Of a stretch of DNA of 64,000 bases, positions 44,150 through 58,459 are shown in pieces. This DNA comes from Adineta vaga (Eukaryota > Animalia > Rotifera). The notes below the pieces were generated by a model. That model saw only the letters and a program-made list of their open reading frames with translations. It had not been told where the DNA came from and did not search any database. The stretch's first letter is position 1. Each line of letters begins with the position of its first letter. A program made the translations under genes and the position numbers. The stretch spans positions 13,082,001-13,146,000 of the forward strand of contig CP075495.1 of the NCBI GenBank assembly GCA_021613535.1, given 5' to 3'.

Positions 44150-47100
44150 TCAAATTTCTTGTTGAAATGTGTTTCTTTTTTTTGTCTTCTTCTGTCTTAT
44201 TTATTACAAGATGTCTTGTATATCTTTTATCAAGACAAAGAATATACATATATATATATATATATCTGATATGGCATATGTCTTATCTGGAGGAAAGAAG
44301 GAAAGAAAAACGAATTTAAAATGTTAATTGCAAATTTTCAAGCGAACATGTGGGCATTGTTACAATTAGTATCTTCTACATTCAATTTCAATTTTCTTCG
44401 ATAAGTTTGCATGTTCTTGCACCTCCTTCTCTCGTCGTTCATTCGTGAATAATTAAGTTTTGAACAAGATAGAATTGAATGAACGGTGACAATTTGATAG
44501 GCAATGAGCGTGTGTTGATAAGTCAACTCTTATCAGAAAAAGACATAGATATAAATGAGTTTGCTGTTGAACCCAATTATCAAGAGACACACGTAGATAG
44601 AAAGATATATATAGAACGACACCTCAATCAGGCCATTATCCCATCACGGGATGAGCACACGCGTCTGGAGATTCTAATTTTAATTGCTCTTGTATTCTAA
44701 TTGGGAGCATGAGATTCACCACAGACACACACACACACACACACTTTGTCAACAATGAGCAGAAGAAGACTTCTATTTGACAGTAATATAAATATTTGAA
44801 ATGATCAATCAATATGATTTTCTTCCATTTCGTTCCTTTTTTTTTTATTAAAATCCGGTATTTTCACATCAATATGTGACTGCTGTTTTCTCTTCCGGAT
44901 GTGTCAATTATATTGACACGTGAACAACATATCTTCAATCTTCTAATCCTGTAAATGATGCGTCTTTTCGTGTTGAGGAAACAGGAAGAGTTCAAGTGCG
45001 CGCAATTTTATCAAGAAAATAAGGTATAGAATAATAGAAAACACAGCAGTTTATTTTCAAATCGAGACAAAGAATATATGCCGCTCATAAACGGAAATGA
45101 ATTACTGATCGATTTATCTCGGTGACCGAGTTTCGATTTTCTTTTAAGGCATAAAACAACAACAAATTAGACAACAGGTGGGTCTAGGGTTGTACCCCCC
45201 TTCTTGTTCGTTATCCAATTAGTACAGCATCGAGTGACTGTATGTATTTAACTAGATATTGTACGCCATACGACAACAAGTAGTAGTAATAGTAGTTGTT
45301 GTTTGCAACTCCGCCTCTCTTCTCTCTTGCTCTTGTTCTATCAGAGATAGACACTCACCCTGATGTCTACGTAGACGAATACAATCAATAGTTTAATTGA
45401 AAAGAACGTTTCCCAATAGGAAAAAAGAAAACTCCTGTGGTGATTGTTGGGAGAAAAAAAGAAGAAAAAAAAACTCTAATTCTATCCTTACTGATGTCTT
45501 CAAAAACAACGAAGAAGATAAAAATGTAATAATGAATCTTCACGATGTCATTCTTTTCTTTCATTCTGTATTTCTTGCTCTTGTTCTTCTCCTTCTTCTT
45601 CTTCTTCTTGTGTTACTGAAATCATGCATCATTGATCGTCTAGAACGAATATAAACACATCTATTGTTCACAAAGATTCAAGAGGAAAGCTTGCTACATT
45701 GTGAACGACTACAAGTAGAATCTCTGTATACATGTGTGTCACGCTCTCAACACCATTATCGTTAATTGTAATCCAATCGTCTTGTCTTCCTTTTGCTATT
45801 CGTCATCAAAACGACAATGAGGTGTTCTGTCTAACTCTATACACATACAGATCTATTATCTTAACAATAAATCGTACAAAAGCAGATTCATATTGAAGAT
45901 GTGTTGCTATGATAGTACAAATTGCAATTATATCTCTAGTAATGGCATTCATAGTTTTCTGATCTTCACCGATCACGTAGACAATATCAAAACTATAATC
46001 AAACGTTTTTTTCTCTTTTGATTTACATTGGAATTTTCAAATAAAAAAAAACCTTCGCAATATATCGAAATAAAAGTGAGTGAGACAAGAAGAGGAATAA
46101 GAAGAAGAAGAAGAAGTTCTAACAAGCTGTTGCACACACCTATCGAACATGAAGCAAAAAAGGGGACACAAATAGAAGTACAACAGGTTGCAATGATGAT
46201 GACGCCGTGTAACACAAGGTAAGTGAAGGTTCTCTCCTTCTCTCTTTCTTCTATACCATCGATTTACGTTTTCTTCTTTTTTTTCTTATAAAGACAAGAA
46301 GGTCAAATACATAGTATGTTCGTATGTTAGTTATCAATGTATATATTATATACGTATATATATATTTATATATAAACGTTCACTTTATAGAACCGATTTG
46401 ATTGTATATATAAATATTTGTATGTATATATACCTTGCAGGAGATATCGTCGTTGTTCAACTTTCGCCTCTCCCTCATCAACAAAATTCAATGCTTGAGA
46501 CCGTCAACACCTGTATGACAAGTGTGTATATATGCATGCTCCCGTCGATTATCTACAAATTTTCTTCTCTCACTCTTTTCGATGCCTGACTGCTTGATAA
46601 TGTTTGCGTTCCACCGCGATGCTCCTGGCGAGTAAAGAAGGTATACACACATACACGCATATATACACATACATATATACACTTCCATTATCATTCGTAT
46701 GTGAAAGAAAAGAAGAGGTACGTTTGTTTATCTCTTCTCTTTCTGCAAATGGCAGCACCACCGGTATATTCTTCTTCGTCTTCGTCTTCTATCTATCTTG
46801 GGATGCCCTGTACGTATACATCTATATGCATCTGCCATCTCATCATCTTTCAATTATAAAGTAAACGAAATACTAGATGACTTCTCTCTTTAAGAAAAAT
46901 AAATATAGCAAAGAAGAAAATGGGACAGACGATGATTGTTGTATCCCTAGACTTAGGAGAAAAAGGTATGAGTGATGTAATGAAAGAAGGAGAAGAAAAA
47001 GAATAATAATAATAATATTTCTTCTTCTTCTTCCAAAGCGGCACCAGGTGTTGAAAAGAAGAGACAGAGAGAAAATGAGAGAAAGAAGAAAACGGTACTA

Positions 47101-50100
47101 TCGAATAAATACTAGAAAGAACAGGAAGAAGACGAACGACTAAACCGGTAGAACATATTTTGTACTCATCAAGTTGTAATAGGAAAAAAAATAGAAAGAA
47201 GAGTCATACCCACGTCGCACACACGCATAAATAGGCAGTAGTAACATACATATACACGATTTCTGTGCCGCCTCTTCTTCTCCTTCTTCTTCTTCTTCAT
47301 ACCCTGCAGTACATACTTTTCATGTTAGATACGGTGTTAGTTGTCTGTGCTGGAGCACACATGTGCAATGTGCGACAAAATATATCTCGAAAAATCTTAT
47401 TTAACGTGTGCTTTTCCTTCATTTTCTTTTTCTCTAAGCTCGATTATACACGTAATGAGGTTACCCGTCAAAAATAAGATATAAAATGTGCAGAGAAGAG
47501 GTGACGATAATCAGGCACGTGTATGCATAGAAGAGAAAAAGACTATAGCTGATAAGAGGTGTGTATGTGAAGTACAGAGAGAAAGAGAGAGAGAAAGAGA
47601 AAGAGAAAAAGATATCGTGGAAGAACATGACTATTTCTTCGTTTCGCGTGTCTTTTTCTTTTTCATAGTGCTGCTTCATGCGCACCTATGAGAGGTGAGC
47701 AGAACAGAATGAAAACGTTCGATGATTGGTGCGAGAGTAATGTGTATATGTTTATGTTTTTCTTCTAAGGTTTTTTTCTTCCCTCTCTCTCCCTCTTCTC
47801 TCACGTCTCATTGTAATGTACCACTCCTACGTAGCACACGTTTCATTTCAGTAGCATCATCATCAGAACAGGGCAAGATACACATACATATATACATATC
47901 AGCAGCTTCTCTCGTGTGTGCCGAAGGTAGAATATCATCCTTCTGCTATTCGTTTGCAACGCGGTATACCCATCATCATCATCATCATCATCGTCGAAGA
48001 AGAAGAACGGTAAAGAGAGAAAGAATATAGATAGCAAACAAAACGCGTTCGTAGCATAGCATTGCTTGTTATTGCTGACATTCTACGATTCTTTTTTTTT
48101 CACGGTGTGTCTATCTCTCTATCTATCTGTCTGTCTGTCTGTTTTCCCTGACTGTATTTCGATATATAAGACAACACTAAAAATGAACTGACAGGTATGT
48201 ATAGTTTATATGTATTCAATTTTAGTAAAAAAAACCCAGTTATTTAGTTAGTAAATTGTGTTTTTTCTTCAGTTTTTGTTATGAAAGAAAAAGACGTTGT
48301 TGGTATTTCAACTACGAAAATAATGAATCAGATAGACATATTTTCTAGTCAAATCGTTTGTTTATGAGTGTAGAAAATTTTCAAATTTTCAACTGAAATC
48401 TAATCGAATTACTTTTAGAAAAAAAGAAACATTAAATATTGATTTTCTTATCAGTAATAGTTCTTTTTCCTACAATCATTTTAGCTTACGAGATTACAAA
48501 TAAGTTTTCTTTTCTTATATGCGTATACCATTCCAATGGAATTAGCAAATTTTTCTTGACATTTTTTCTCCGATGATGTGTTATGTGTGTGTGTGCGTCT
48601 TAGTCTACTCTCGTTTTCCGATGCATCATCGTTCGTCTATTCCCGTTGAACTACGGAAATGAGAGTGTGTGCCGATGTGTGCAAGCACCGACAGACAACG
48701 AGCTAAAGAGAAGAAGATTGTTGCCGTTTTTCTTTTTCCTTTTTTTTACATATTCGAGACTTTTCGTCGGTATGTAGAGAAAAAAGAGTGAAGACAAGCA
48801 ATGAATGCATACGTCGATTAGCAATGCTAATATGTGTCAACCAAGCACAGACTTTGTATGTGATTGAAAACCTTTAGATAACGCAATGCACGCATCTTCT
48901 TTCTCTCTCATCTTGTCTTCCGTATTTTATATATACATCTATCTAGATATATATATATATGTATATGTATGTGAAGACGAGAAGACGAGCTTGCTCGAAT
49001 TACGGAAAAAATGAATGCAATGAGATTTGTTGGATGGGACGTGCTGTTGACCTGATTCGGTATATACACATTTTTTCTCTCGCATTTTTTTCTGTCGAAC
49101 GCGAATAGAGTTTCTCTCTGTCTCTCCTTTTTTTCTCTCCTGACTGGTGACAGTATTTCCTTGTCGTCCTCGTTCCAATTATCGAAATGGACCAACCAGT
49201 CTCCTCTCACCTCTCTTTTTTTTCTTCTCGCGCGTTCACCGAGAGCTTTGTCTTTTCTCGTCTCGGTCGCTTCTTCTTCTTTTCCTTTGGCTTTTTTTTT
49301 TATAGTAGACTCTCCTATGCACCAATCCTTCCTTTCGAGTTTTTTTTCTTCGTTGTCTCTTTTCTCGATGTCACCCCACCTCGCAACAAAAAAAAACTGG
49401 GGCGAGCGCAAACGCGGTGATGAACGCCCTAAGCGAACCCGTGAATAGAGAAACTGAAGAGTAACACACATACATACAAAGAAAAAAAAAGAAAAAGAAG
49501 AAGAAGAAGAAGGAAAAATCGAGAGAAAGAGAATTCATTTTTTTCCATTTGTATGTCCGGTAGTGTTCGATGCTTATCATTGGAGACGAATGAGGTAGAC
49601 TTTTTTTTCATTTGCTCTTAAGGTAAGAGAAAAAATGTCACATGAACGAATCACCTTTTTTTCTCTCTTTTCTCTTTTCTCTTTTTTTTTCTCTACAGGT
49701 GAGAGCCAATACAAAATATATCTAAATTTTTCTATAAATACATGTTGCATTTGCTTCTTTTCTATCTCAGTTGGACGGAAGCAGAGTCAGTCGTCTGTTT
49801 ATGTAAATCAGTGTTCGGTCGGTGGTCGTGTAATGACGTTAGTTTGTAAAAATAATACGTCTTCTACGCGCGAGCGCGCGTTCGCATTCGCATCTTTCTA
49901 TCTCTCTTCTCTCTCTCTCTCCCTCTCCCTCTCTATCTCGCGCACAACACATCATGTCCGTAGATCGATTAGGCAAGAGAGTACTACTATTACTGCTGTT
50001 GCTCTTCCTCGACTAAAGTAGCAAATTTGATTTAGTCGTATGTGCTATGCTCTTCTCTTTCTCTTCGATGCCGTTCACACTAATATCATCATGTTTTTGA

Positions 50101-50335
50101 ACACCGCATGTCACTGTCTATGTTGATTTTGATAAATCGAAAAAACATTTTTTTTTCTTCACAGTTTTATGTGAAATAAATGTATGAAAAAAAGATCAAA
50201 TTACATTGAAAACAGGTGGATAATAACAATAAGACCTCCTGATGTTTTATTTTTATTTTTCTAGATTGAACAAAATAAAAGATACATTATATACATATAT
50301 ATACAAATATATATATCTATGTTTATTTAATTCAA

Positions 50336-53300
50336 ATGCAATTGCCGATGATCGGTACGATGGAAATAGATCATGGTAAAGATTTTTTTTTAAAAAGAAA
50401 AAAAAACAACAACTTCCATTTTAAATATTCTTTTTATTTTAGTTTATGAAAATGGAAATCATTCAACTTATCATCAGAATGATGATGACGAATGTGATAG
50501 TAGTTCACAAGCAAGAAAAATTTCACTTGATGAAGATATTTTACCACGAACAACAATGACAGTTGATGAAGATGATGATGAACCTGGTATGAACAAAGAA
50601 GAGAAGAGAAAAAAAAGAAATAATGAGTACTAGATGAACAGAAGGTTCATCCATTTGATCACTAGTATATCCCATGAGCATTTTCCTCTTATTGACTGTT
50701 GATCTATGACGACAAAAGATGAGACAAAAATGCCGATACAAAGGCAAGTACTGACCCCCATTGTGAAAGAGAGAACGACCATCCTCTTTTGATAGACATA
50801 CCGCATAAAGACAAAGGACAAAAAAAAAGCGAGACCTAACTAGATCATCGATCATCAAATGAGACCATGTGCCATGAGAAAGTCTACTCATCCCACCCAC
50901 TGTGAACAACGACTGTAGTGGAATTTCTTGATCAGATGAATAAAAATCATAGACAGATGGATGATAAGTTTTAACTATTGAAACTTACAACATCAAAAAG
51001 AAAAGAAGAGACAGCACACGTTTAATTTTGATTTTTTTTCGTTTATTTCTTAGAAACTAATTCGTCCAATCAACAACAATCATTTAAATGTCCCTATTGT
51101 ACAGATGAATTTCTTCAAATAACCCATTTACATTTACATACAACTCAATGTCATCCTGAACAAACAGAAAATCTTAGCAGTTGTCTTCATTGTAATGCAG
51201 TTTTTACTAACAAAGTATGTTTTAGAAAATTATTCAAGTGCAAGATAAAAGCTCAATTTTTTTTCCTTCTCAGGATGACTTACATCAACATGAATTAAAT
51301 CATAACGCTAGTCAAGTCGCTTGTCATTTATGTAATAAAATTTTTGCTAATATTTATCGTCTTCAACGTCACATGTTAAGTCATGAAGTTGACCCTCAAA
51401 CACGAAAATTTAAATGTTCTCATTGTTCAAAAGCATTTAAATTTAAACATCATTTAAAAGTAAGCTTTTTTTGCTCAACTATTGAATTTAATCTTTTTTT
51501 CTCTCTTTCATTTAGGAACATGTCCGTATTCATACGGGTGAAAAACCATTTGTCTGTGCTAATTGTGGTAAACGTTTTTCACATTCGGGTTCTTATTCAT
51601 CACATATGACATCGAAAAAATGTTATGCATATCCACAATCAACACTGAATAATAATTTACATTCAGCACCAACACAAGTACCACAATCAACAAACTCATC
51701 TGTAGCTGCTTTACTTGCAACACGTTCAATGTTAAATTTTGGTCCTTTTGCCTTGGCTGCTTTAGCTGCTGCAGCTGCTCAACAACAACAGCAGCAACAA
51801 CAACAACAACGTAAAGATTCTTATTCATCAACACCAAAATCTCATTCCCGTAGTCCATCACCTTCAGCGTGGCCATCAATACCATTAACAACACCGCCAT
51901 CATCATCGTCATCAGATCGAAATAATAATGTTAATCATGAAATTGAAGCTGGAGAAATTCCAGCAATAACTTCACCTGTCCGAAAACGTAAACGTCGAAA
52001 TCTAGTAACAAATGATCAAGATGCATCGTCCTTATTATTATCATCATCATCGTCATCGGCGCCAACGGATTTACTTGATAAACAACAATTGAATATGTTA
52101 CGTGCACATTATGCTTTAAATCCATATCCAAATTCCAATGAATTACATGAAATATCCAAACGTGTTGGTCTTAGTGAACAACATGTTCAACATTGGTTTC
52201 ATGTTTTACGAACAAGTTATGCTGCTGTTAATAATATCAAATCATCTGCTAATACATTCATTCCATCACCAACAACTAGTACTAATCAAAATAATAATAC
52301 AAATGCAACACAACCATTTCTACCTCTTGCTTATTATCATTTACGTGCTTCATTAATGGCTGCTGCAACAAATAATTCATCAATACCTCCCCCACCAGCA
52401 CTACCATTTACGTCAATGAATTCTACATCATCAAAAGAACAAACTGAACCATTAGATTTAACAGTAAAGAAATCTCATCATAAATCCGGTGAAAAACAAC
52501 TCGCTGCTCATTTACATATGACAGCAACAGTTGCATTTAATAATAATACAAATTGGTATGAAAATAAAAATGAATGGATCAAAGTAAATGAAACCAGTCA
52601 ATACTTTTCTTATCTTATTCTAAAAACTTTTATTTTATTTTTACTAGAATGAATCATTTAGTCCAGATAGTACAGCTGATAATTGTTCATCTGAAACTAG
52701 TCTTTTATCGAATGATGAATCATCCTCGTTATGTGGTCAATTAATGGATAGTGATTTAACGCGAAAAAGAAAATCCTGGAAAAATCATATTCAAGGTGAA
52801 ATGTATGCATGTGACATGTGCGATAAACGTTTTAGTAAACAAAGTTCATTAGCTCGTCATAAATATGAACATTCAGGTATGAAACAAAACTCATAATTAT
52901 TCTTAACAATCAATAAAAGTATATCTTTTCATATGTATTATTTAGGAGTTCGACCATTTGTATGTGACGTTTGTACAAAAGCATTTAAACATAAACATCA
53001 TCTTGCTGAACATCGTCGTTTACATACAGGTGAAAAACCGTTTCAATGTACAAAATGTTTTAAACGTTTTAGTCATTCTGGTAAGTTGAGAAAGAAGAAA
53101 ACAAGATGATGTGTTCATGATAAGTTTTAATTGTCTCTTTATTTTAAAGGTTCATTCAGTCAACATATGAATCATCGTTATAAATATTGTCGTCCATATC
53201 AAACGGAAGCAGCTGCGGCTGCTGCGGCTGCTGCAGCTGGTCAATTGAATGATAATCCAAATATGATTATGGAAGATGATGAACTCATCGAAGATGAAGA

Positions 53301-53469
53301 TCTTGAAGATAAACAAGCACAACAACATCAACAACAACAAGAAGAACAATTACAAAATGATGGAGGAGAAGAAGAAGAAGAAGAAGAGGAAGAAGAAGAA
53401 ATCGAAGCAAATCATACAGATGATTCTAATCAACAAAATGAAATGATAAATGCTACAATAAATGAGTAA
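50336..53469 (+). CDS. ZEB/zfh1/zag-1 zinc-finger homeodomain transcription factor
   Basis: N-terminal C2H2 cluster ([44 protein letters not shown]); homeodomain ([11 protein letters not shown]...VQHWF); CtBP motif PLDLT; C-terminal cluster ([14 protein letters not shown]...[17 protein letters not shown]); acidic tail. The start exon is inferred. Confidence 0.93.
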
Positions 53470-54600
53470 TTTATTTGTTTGACACATCAAACACTCCATG
53501 TGCCATATTCCATGAAATATCGAGTTTATTTGTAGCCAGATAGAACCTTTCTTTTTTCAATATACATACATATATACATCTATCTCAAGCCTCCAACAAA
53601 AAATTACCACAAAGAAAAAAAATGAATTTCTTTTTTTAGTCAAATGAACATTTTCGTTTCTCTTTTCTAGTCGTTCTCTATTCTTCCTTGTTGTTGTTCT
53701 TGTTCTTGTTGTTATAATTATTGATGTTCACTATTTATATACAGATATATATATATATATATCAATTGATGTTTTCTTCTTTGTTTTTCCCATCATTTGT
53801 TTGCGTGAGTGTATGTACGTTTTTTCCTCCCTTCTTGTGATTATTTTTCGCCGTTGTGTGTGGTCAGTTGTGTGCGTGTATGTATTGAAAAAAAAACAAA
53901 TAACACTATCAGAGTTCTTCCATACATATATATATATATATATCTGTGTACAGATTTACTTCACTTCTTTTGCTGCTATTGAGTTATTTACTTTTGTCTT
54001 TTTTCTTTCTGAAACGCCCGACAAACGTTCATTGTGATTGGTGTGTTTCTTCGTTTTTTCTCTCTCTTTTTGCTGTTGTCTGATGATGTTTTATGTTTGT
54101 AAGTGCGTGTGTGGTATGTTGTCTTTAAGAGAGACAGAAAAACCTTTTTTTTTGGCAAAATGAAAAATAAAAAAAATAAAAACGGTTACCTGTCCGACCA
54201 CGCACACAGACATATAGATATACATATATAAAATATATACACGTATACACGTATACATAGATGTGGAAAGAAAGAAAAAAAGATGAACATCTGTTCGTAT
54301 TTGGAGATTCACGCATGGTGAGCATGTAATTGACATTGAGAGCTGATGGTTTAACGCGTATATTTATTGATGTGATGATCGAATCAATGGATGAGAGTGC
54401 ATATGTATCGTTACTAATAAACGTATACTAATGCTGTACTACTCATTTTTTTTTCTACTCATTTTATCTCTTTGCTTAGTCTATATGTGCACCTACGAAC
54501 ACGTAAGCAGTCGACCGCATAGTACAGAACATAAAAGTTTATACGATTGATCATTTTCTTTTGTTTATTTTCAAATCGTAAAGAATTTATTTTTCTTATA

Positions 54601-56103
54601 ATGACGTCATTTCCATTAGAATTAACGTCTTCTCAAAAGGAAAGTCTGGAAAATATTGCTAATGATATAAAACAATTCGATTGGGAAGTTGGTGAATATA
54701 TTTTTCATGATTTTATTGAATATTTTCAACTTCCTCAAATTATACGTGTTAGTCAACCATGGGATACAAATCTTATTAAAAATGATATACTTTATTTACA
54801 ATCCATGTATGATAGACATTTAATTCTATCGAAATCTTTAGTATCAGATGAACGTACATTTGTACTTCCTGATTGGTTTCAAGGTCAATGTCGAGTATTA
54901 TCAACAAATCCAGTATATAAATCTCGTTGGTGGCAATTTACGAATGCAATGGAATTATTACGTTTTGAAATGCCACGTGAACATATTCGTTTACTTCGTG
55001 ATACATCAGCACTATTATTATTACCAACGAATCAAACTATACCTGTTTTATTAAAAGAAAATACTGAAATAACATTGAAACGTATTGAAAAATCGACAAC
55101 AATTACAGATGGAAAAGAAATGTTTGTCTTAGGTGATAAAAATGATCAAGAATTTCTTCTTGATCCAACTATAACTAATGATTCGTTTCATTTTGCAACG
55201 AAAATTCTTGATGATGAATTTGATAAATCTTATCATAAAAATACATCGGAGAATTTATTTACATTACCAGAAATTATTATTCGATATGAATTACCATTAG
55301 ATATTGAAATAGTTACGTTAGCAGATACGATTCCCATTGAAAATTTTCCAACACAATTACGTTTAGAAAAATATTCCATTGCTAAATCAATTATTGCTGT
55401 GTCAATTGGTGATGTTGATCAACCGAGAATATTTGAATTATCTTCTTTAACGCAATTTTCTCTTCAATGTGTTACGTAAGTTTATGTATAAATGGATTTC
55501 AAATCAAATGTTTGTTTTATTTTTATTTTCAGATGTTTAACAACCGGTTTACCACGTGATGCGAATATTGATGGAGCTGTACGAACATTCGATGAAAATG
55601 CTTATCGACAATATGAGGCTGTACGAGAACGACTTGTAAACTTACTTGAAGATGCTTGCATACAATATATGCGTACTCCATTTATTGGTACTCAAGAAGA
55701 AGTTAGTGATCATGTATTAAAATTTTAAAATCTATTTTTATTTTTTATTAAAGGTGGATTGTATTGGAGAAGTTTATGATATTGGAATACAGTTAAAAAA
55801 AGATGAAAAAAATCAAACATATACTGTCATCGGTGATGCTGAAAGTAGTAGTAGTAGTAATGATAATGAAACGAACAATTCTGGACCTTCAATTAATAAA
55901 CATCCCACAAGATTTACAGTTCATTTACCTGTTGATTTCAGTAAATAATTTTCATTCTAGAACTTCTGAAATGAAATCTTCTCATTATTTTAGATAGTCC
56001 ATATAGTAGTGTAATGGAAGTCACTGGTGAAGAAGAGGAAGAGGATCGTGAAGCGCGTTCTGCTACTCCTACTCCTACTGCTGCTGCTACTACTACTGGT
56101 TAA
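54601..56103 (+). CDS. CABIT-domain (THEMIS/GAREM-like) protein
   Basis: Two LP-containing half repeats (YFQLPQIIRV, FVLPDWFQGQCRVL; FTLPEIIIRYELPLDIEIV) typical of CABIT domains. The assignment is by pattern only. Confidence 0.55.
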
Positions 56104-56335
56104 AATTAAACATTTTTCTTTTCTAGTTTTTATTTATTTGAACAATTCTAGGTCTCTTCTTTTTTTCAATAAAAAATTTCTTGTTTTTATTCGTTTGTCA
56201 TAGCGGATGTATATCATAAGACTCGTCTACATGTATACAAGAAAGACGAAAGAAAGTAACATCTATAGAGTAAAACATGAACAAAGTAATGTTTATAATA
56301 AAACAAAACAAAAAGAGAAAGATAAACTATTGTTC

Positions 56336-57050
56336 CTATGAAAAAGGAATTATATTCCATTGCCTAGAAGAAGAAGAAAAAAACCAAAGATGATGAGAAT
56401 TTGTTTTTGAGATAGTCACTTTTGAAAACTTACGGATTAACAATACGTTTCATTATTGTTGATTGTCGATAATCAGTGACTAAAACTCCTGATGGTGTTA
56501 ATGAAAGATTTGTTTTTGTTTGAATTGGACTTGTTTTATTTATTGATATTGGTGATAAAGATAAATTTGTATCAGATCGTGTTGATTTCATCAAACTATT
56601 GTTTGCACTTTTTGGACTATCATAAAAACTTCGATTTGTTAAACTATCTCCACTACTATTTAATGAACGTTGATGAAGTGCAGAACGATAATGTTGTCGA
56701 CGATATGAATTCGAGTTGGGTGTAATTGGTACTGTACGTTTAATCCATATTTGGTTTGTTTGATCAACATCATTTGTATTACTAACTGGTGTTGTCTGTA
56801 TATTTTCATGATTTGTTGATTGAGGAATTGATTGATCCAAATTAGTTAGAATTGGTGGTTGAATTTTTAAAATTTGCATTAATTCCTTACGAAAAGTTTC
56901 GCGTTCTAATTTTTCACCATCATGAATAATCTAGATTGAATCAAAGAAAATCGTTTTAAGAAAAAATAATGTACTATATATAGTTACTTTCAAAATGGCT
57001 GGATCATTATCAAGTTCGGGGATTATAAGACTTGATTGACTATAAGACAT
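56336..57050 (-). CDS. Ser/Thr-rich protein of unknown function (3 coding exons), divergent from SENP8
   Basis: Spliced ORF MSYSQSSLIIPELDNDPAILK-IIHDGEKLERETFRKELMQILKIQ...RIVNP-QWNIIPFS* with canonical GT-AG introns. Confidence 0.6.
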
Positions 57051-57382
57051 CGACACTAGAAAACAAAGATTCGAAAAGGTTTTTTTTTTTATAAACGAAT
57101 TTTCTTACTTCTATCTAAATAAATATGTATTCTATTCTCTTAATCGTATGTTAGAAAATGATTTAAATACTCGATTTAAACTAACGGTCTATTCTATCTA
57201 GTTATTCTTCATACACAAAGCTGACGATAGAAAACAATATATAATTCTTTCGTTTTCTTTTCAAATTTCTACCATTTAATCCAATCGACTTCGTCTGGCA
57301 TCTATTGACAAGACAGTATTTGTCAATATCATAGATCGCATTTTTTGTTGTTTCATTCCATTCCATCAATAATACGAATGTC

Positions 57383-58146
57383 ATGTCTGCATCATTGGAA
57401 TCTGATCCAATACTTGTTAGTTATCATGATTCTATTGTACGCGTATCAAATTTGAAAACTCTTGAGAATTCAAATTGGCTTGATGATAATATTATAACAT
57501 TTGCATTTGAATATCTACAATATGACTCGAAATTTACACGAAATTATTCGAATATATTCGTTTTTGTCACACCACCTGTTGTACAACTAATAAAAATGAG
57601 TGATAATCTATTTGCTGAAGAACTTCTTCAATCTATTGATTTTCTTGAAAAGAAATTTCTCATTTTACCAATTAATGATAATCGTCAAGTCACTGCATTT
57701 GCTGGATCACATTGGTCATTATTAATTCTTTCGATTCAAGGTACGACAAAAAGAGTTTCATTCATTGTGTTTGAAAGTTTCTTTTAGATAAAATTCTTTA
57801 TCATTTCGATTCAATGTCATCTGCAAATGATCGTACAGCGAAAGATATTCAAGATAAATTTCGTATCTTCTTCCATGAACAAGTCCAATTAATCAATACT
57901 CGTTGTCCACAACAGAAAAATGGCTTTGATTGTGGATTATATGTGATTGTGATAGTCGAAGAATTCTGTCGATTTCTCTATGAGAATTATCTTTCAAAGA
58001 AATCGATCGAAGAAAACTATGATAAAGAAGTGTTCGAAATGTTTATGAATGAAATTCATCAATGTATTACATCTAAATCGATCAGTCAACGACGAAAACA
58101 ATTAAAAGAATTGCTTGAATCAATGATTTTAGACAAGAAAATATAA
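57383..58146 (+). CDS. SENP8: NEDD8-specific protease (Ulp1/C48 family)
   Basis: DPILVSYHDS; WLDDNIITFAFEYL; PINDN...GSHWSLL; HFDS; CPQQKNGFDCGLYVI. Confidence 0.93.
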
Positions 58147-58459
58147 TTATCGATTTCGAACTTATTTACAACGTCTTTTCTTTCGAAAACAGAATCCGAA
58201 AAAAAAAGAGTAGTTTAACCGATTGATCAAATATAAATCGAACGGCAATTTAATAATACCATCACAGTTATTCTTATTATGTATTCGAACAGTGAAACAG
58301 ATGGAACAGAACGAAAAGAGAAAAAAAGAAATGGATGTCGTCGATTAACGTTTTTCTTCTTCTTCTTTCTTTCATTTGAATATTATATTTCCTTCCAAGT
58401 TTTATATTTGACAAATCTTCGTTCGAATTTCAAACTATGTTTTTTCTTTCAGATTGAAA

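Noticed and set aside
44338-50021. Numerous short ORFs in the ORF track upstream of ZEB
   Set aside because: They are translations of microsatellite and low-complexity DNA with no recognisable motifs or consistent exon structure.
53470-54420. miR-200/miR-8 seed sites in the ZEB 3' UTR
   Set aside because: No CAGTATT or CAGTGTT site was seen on reading.
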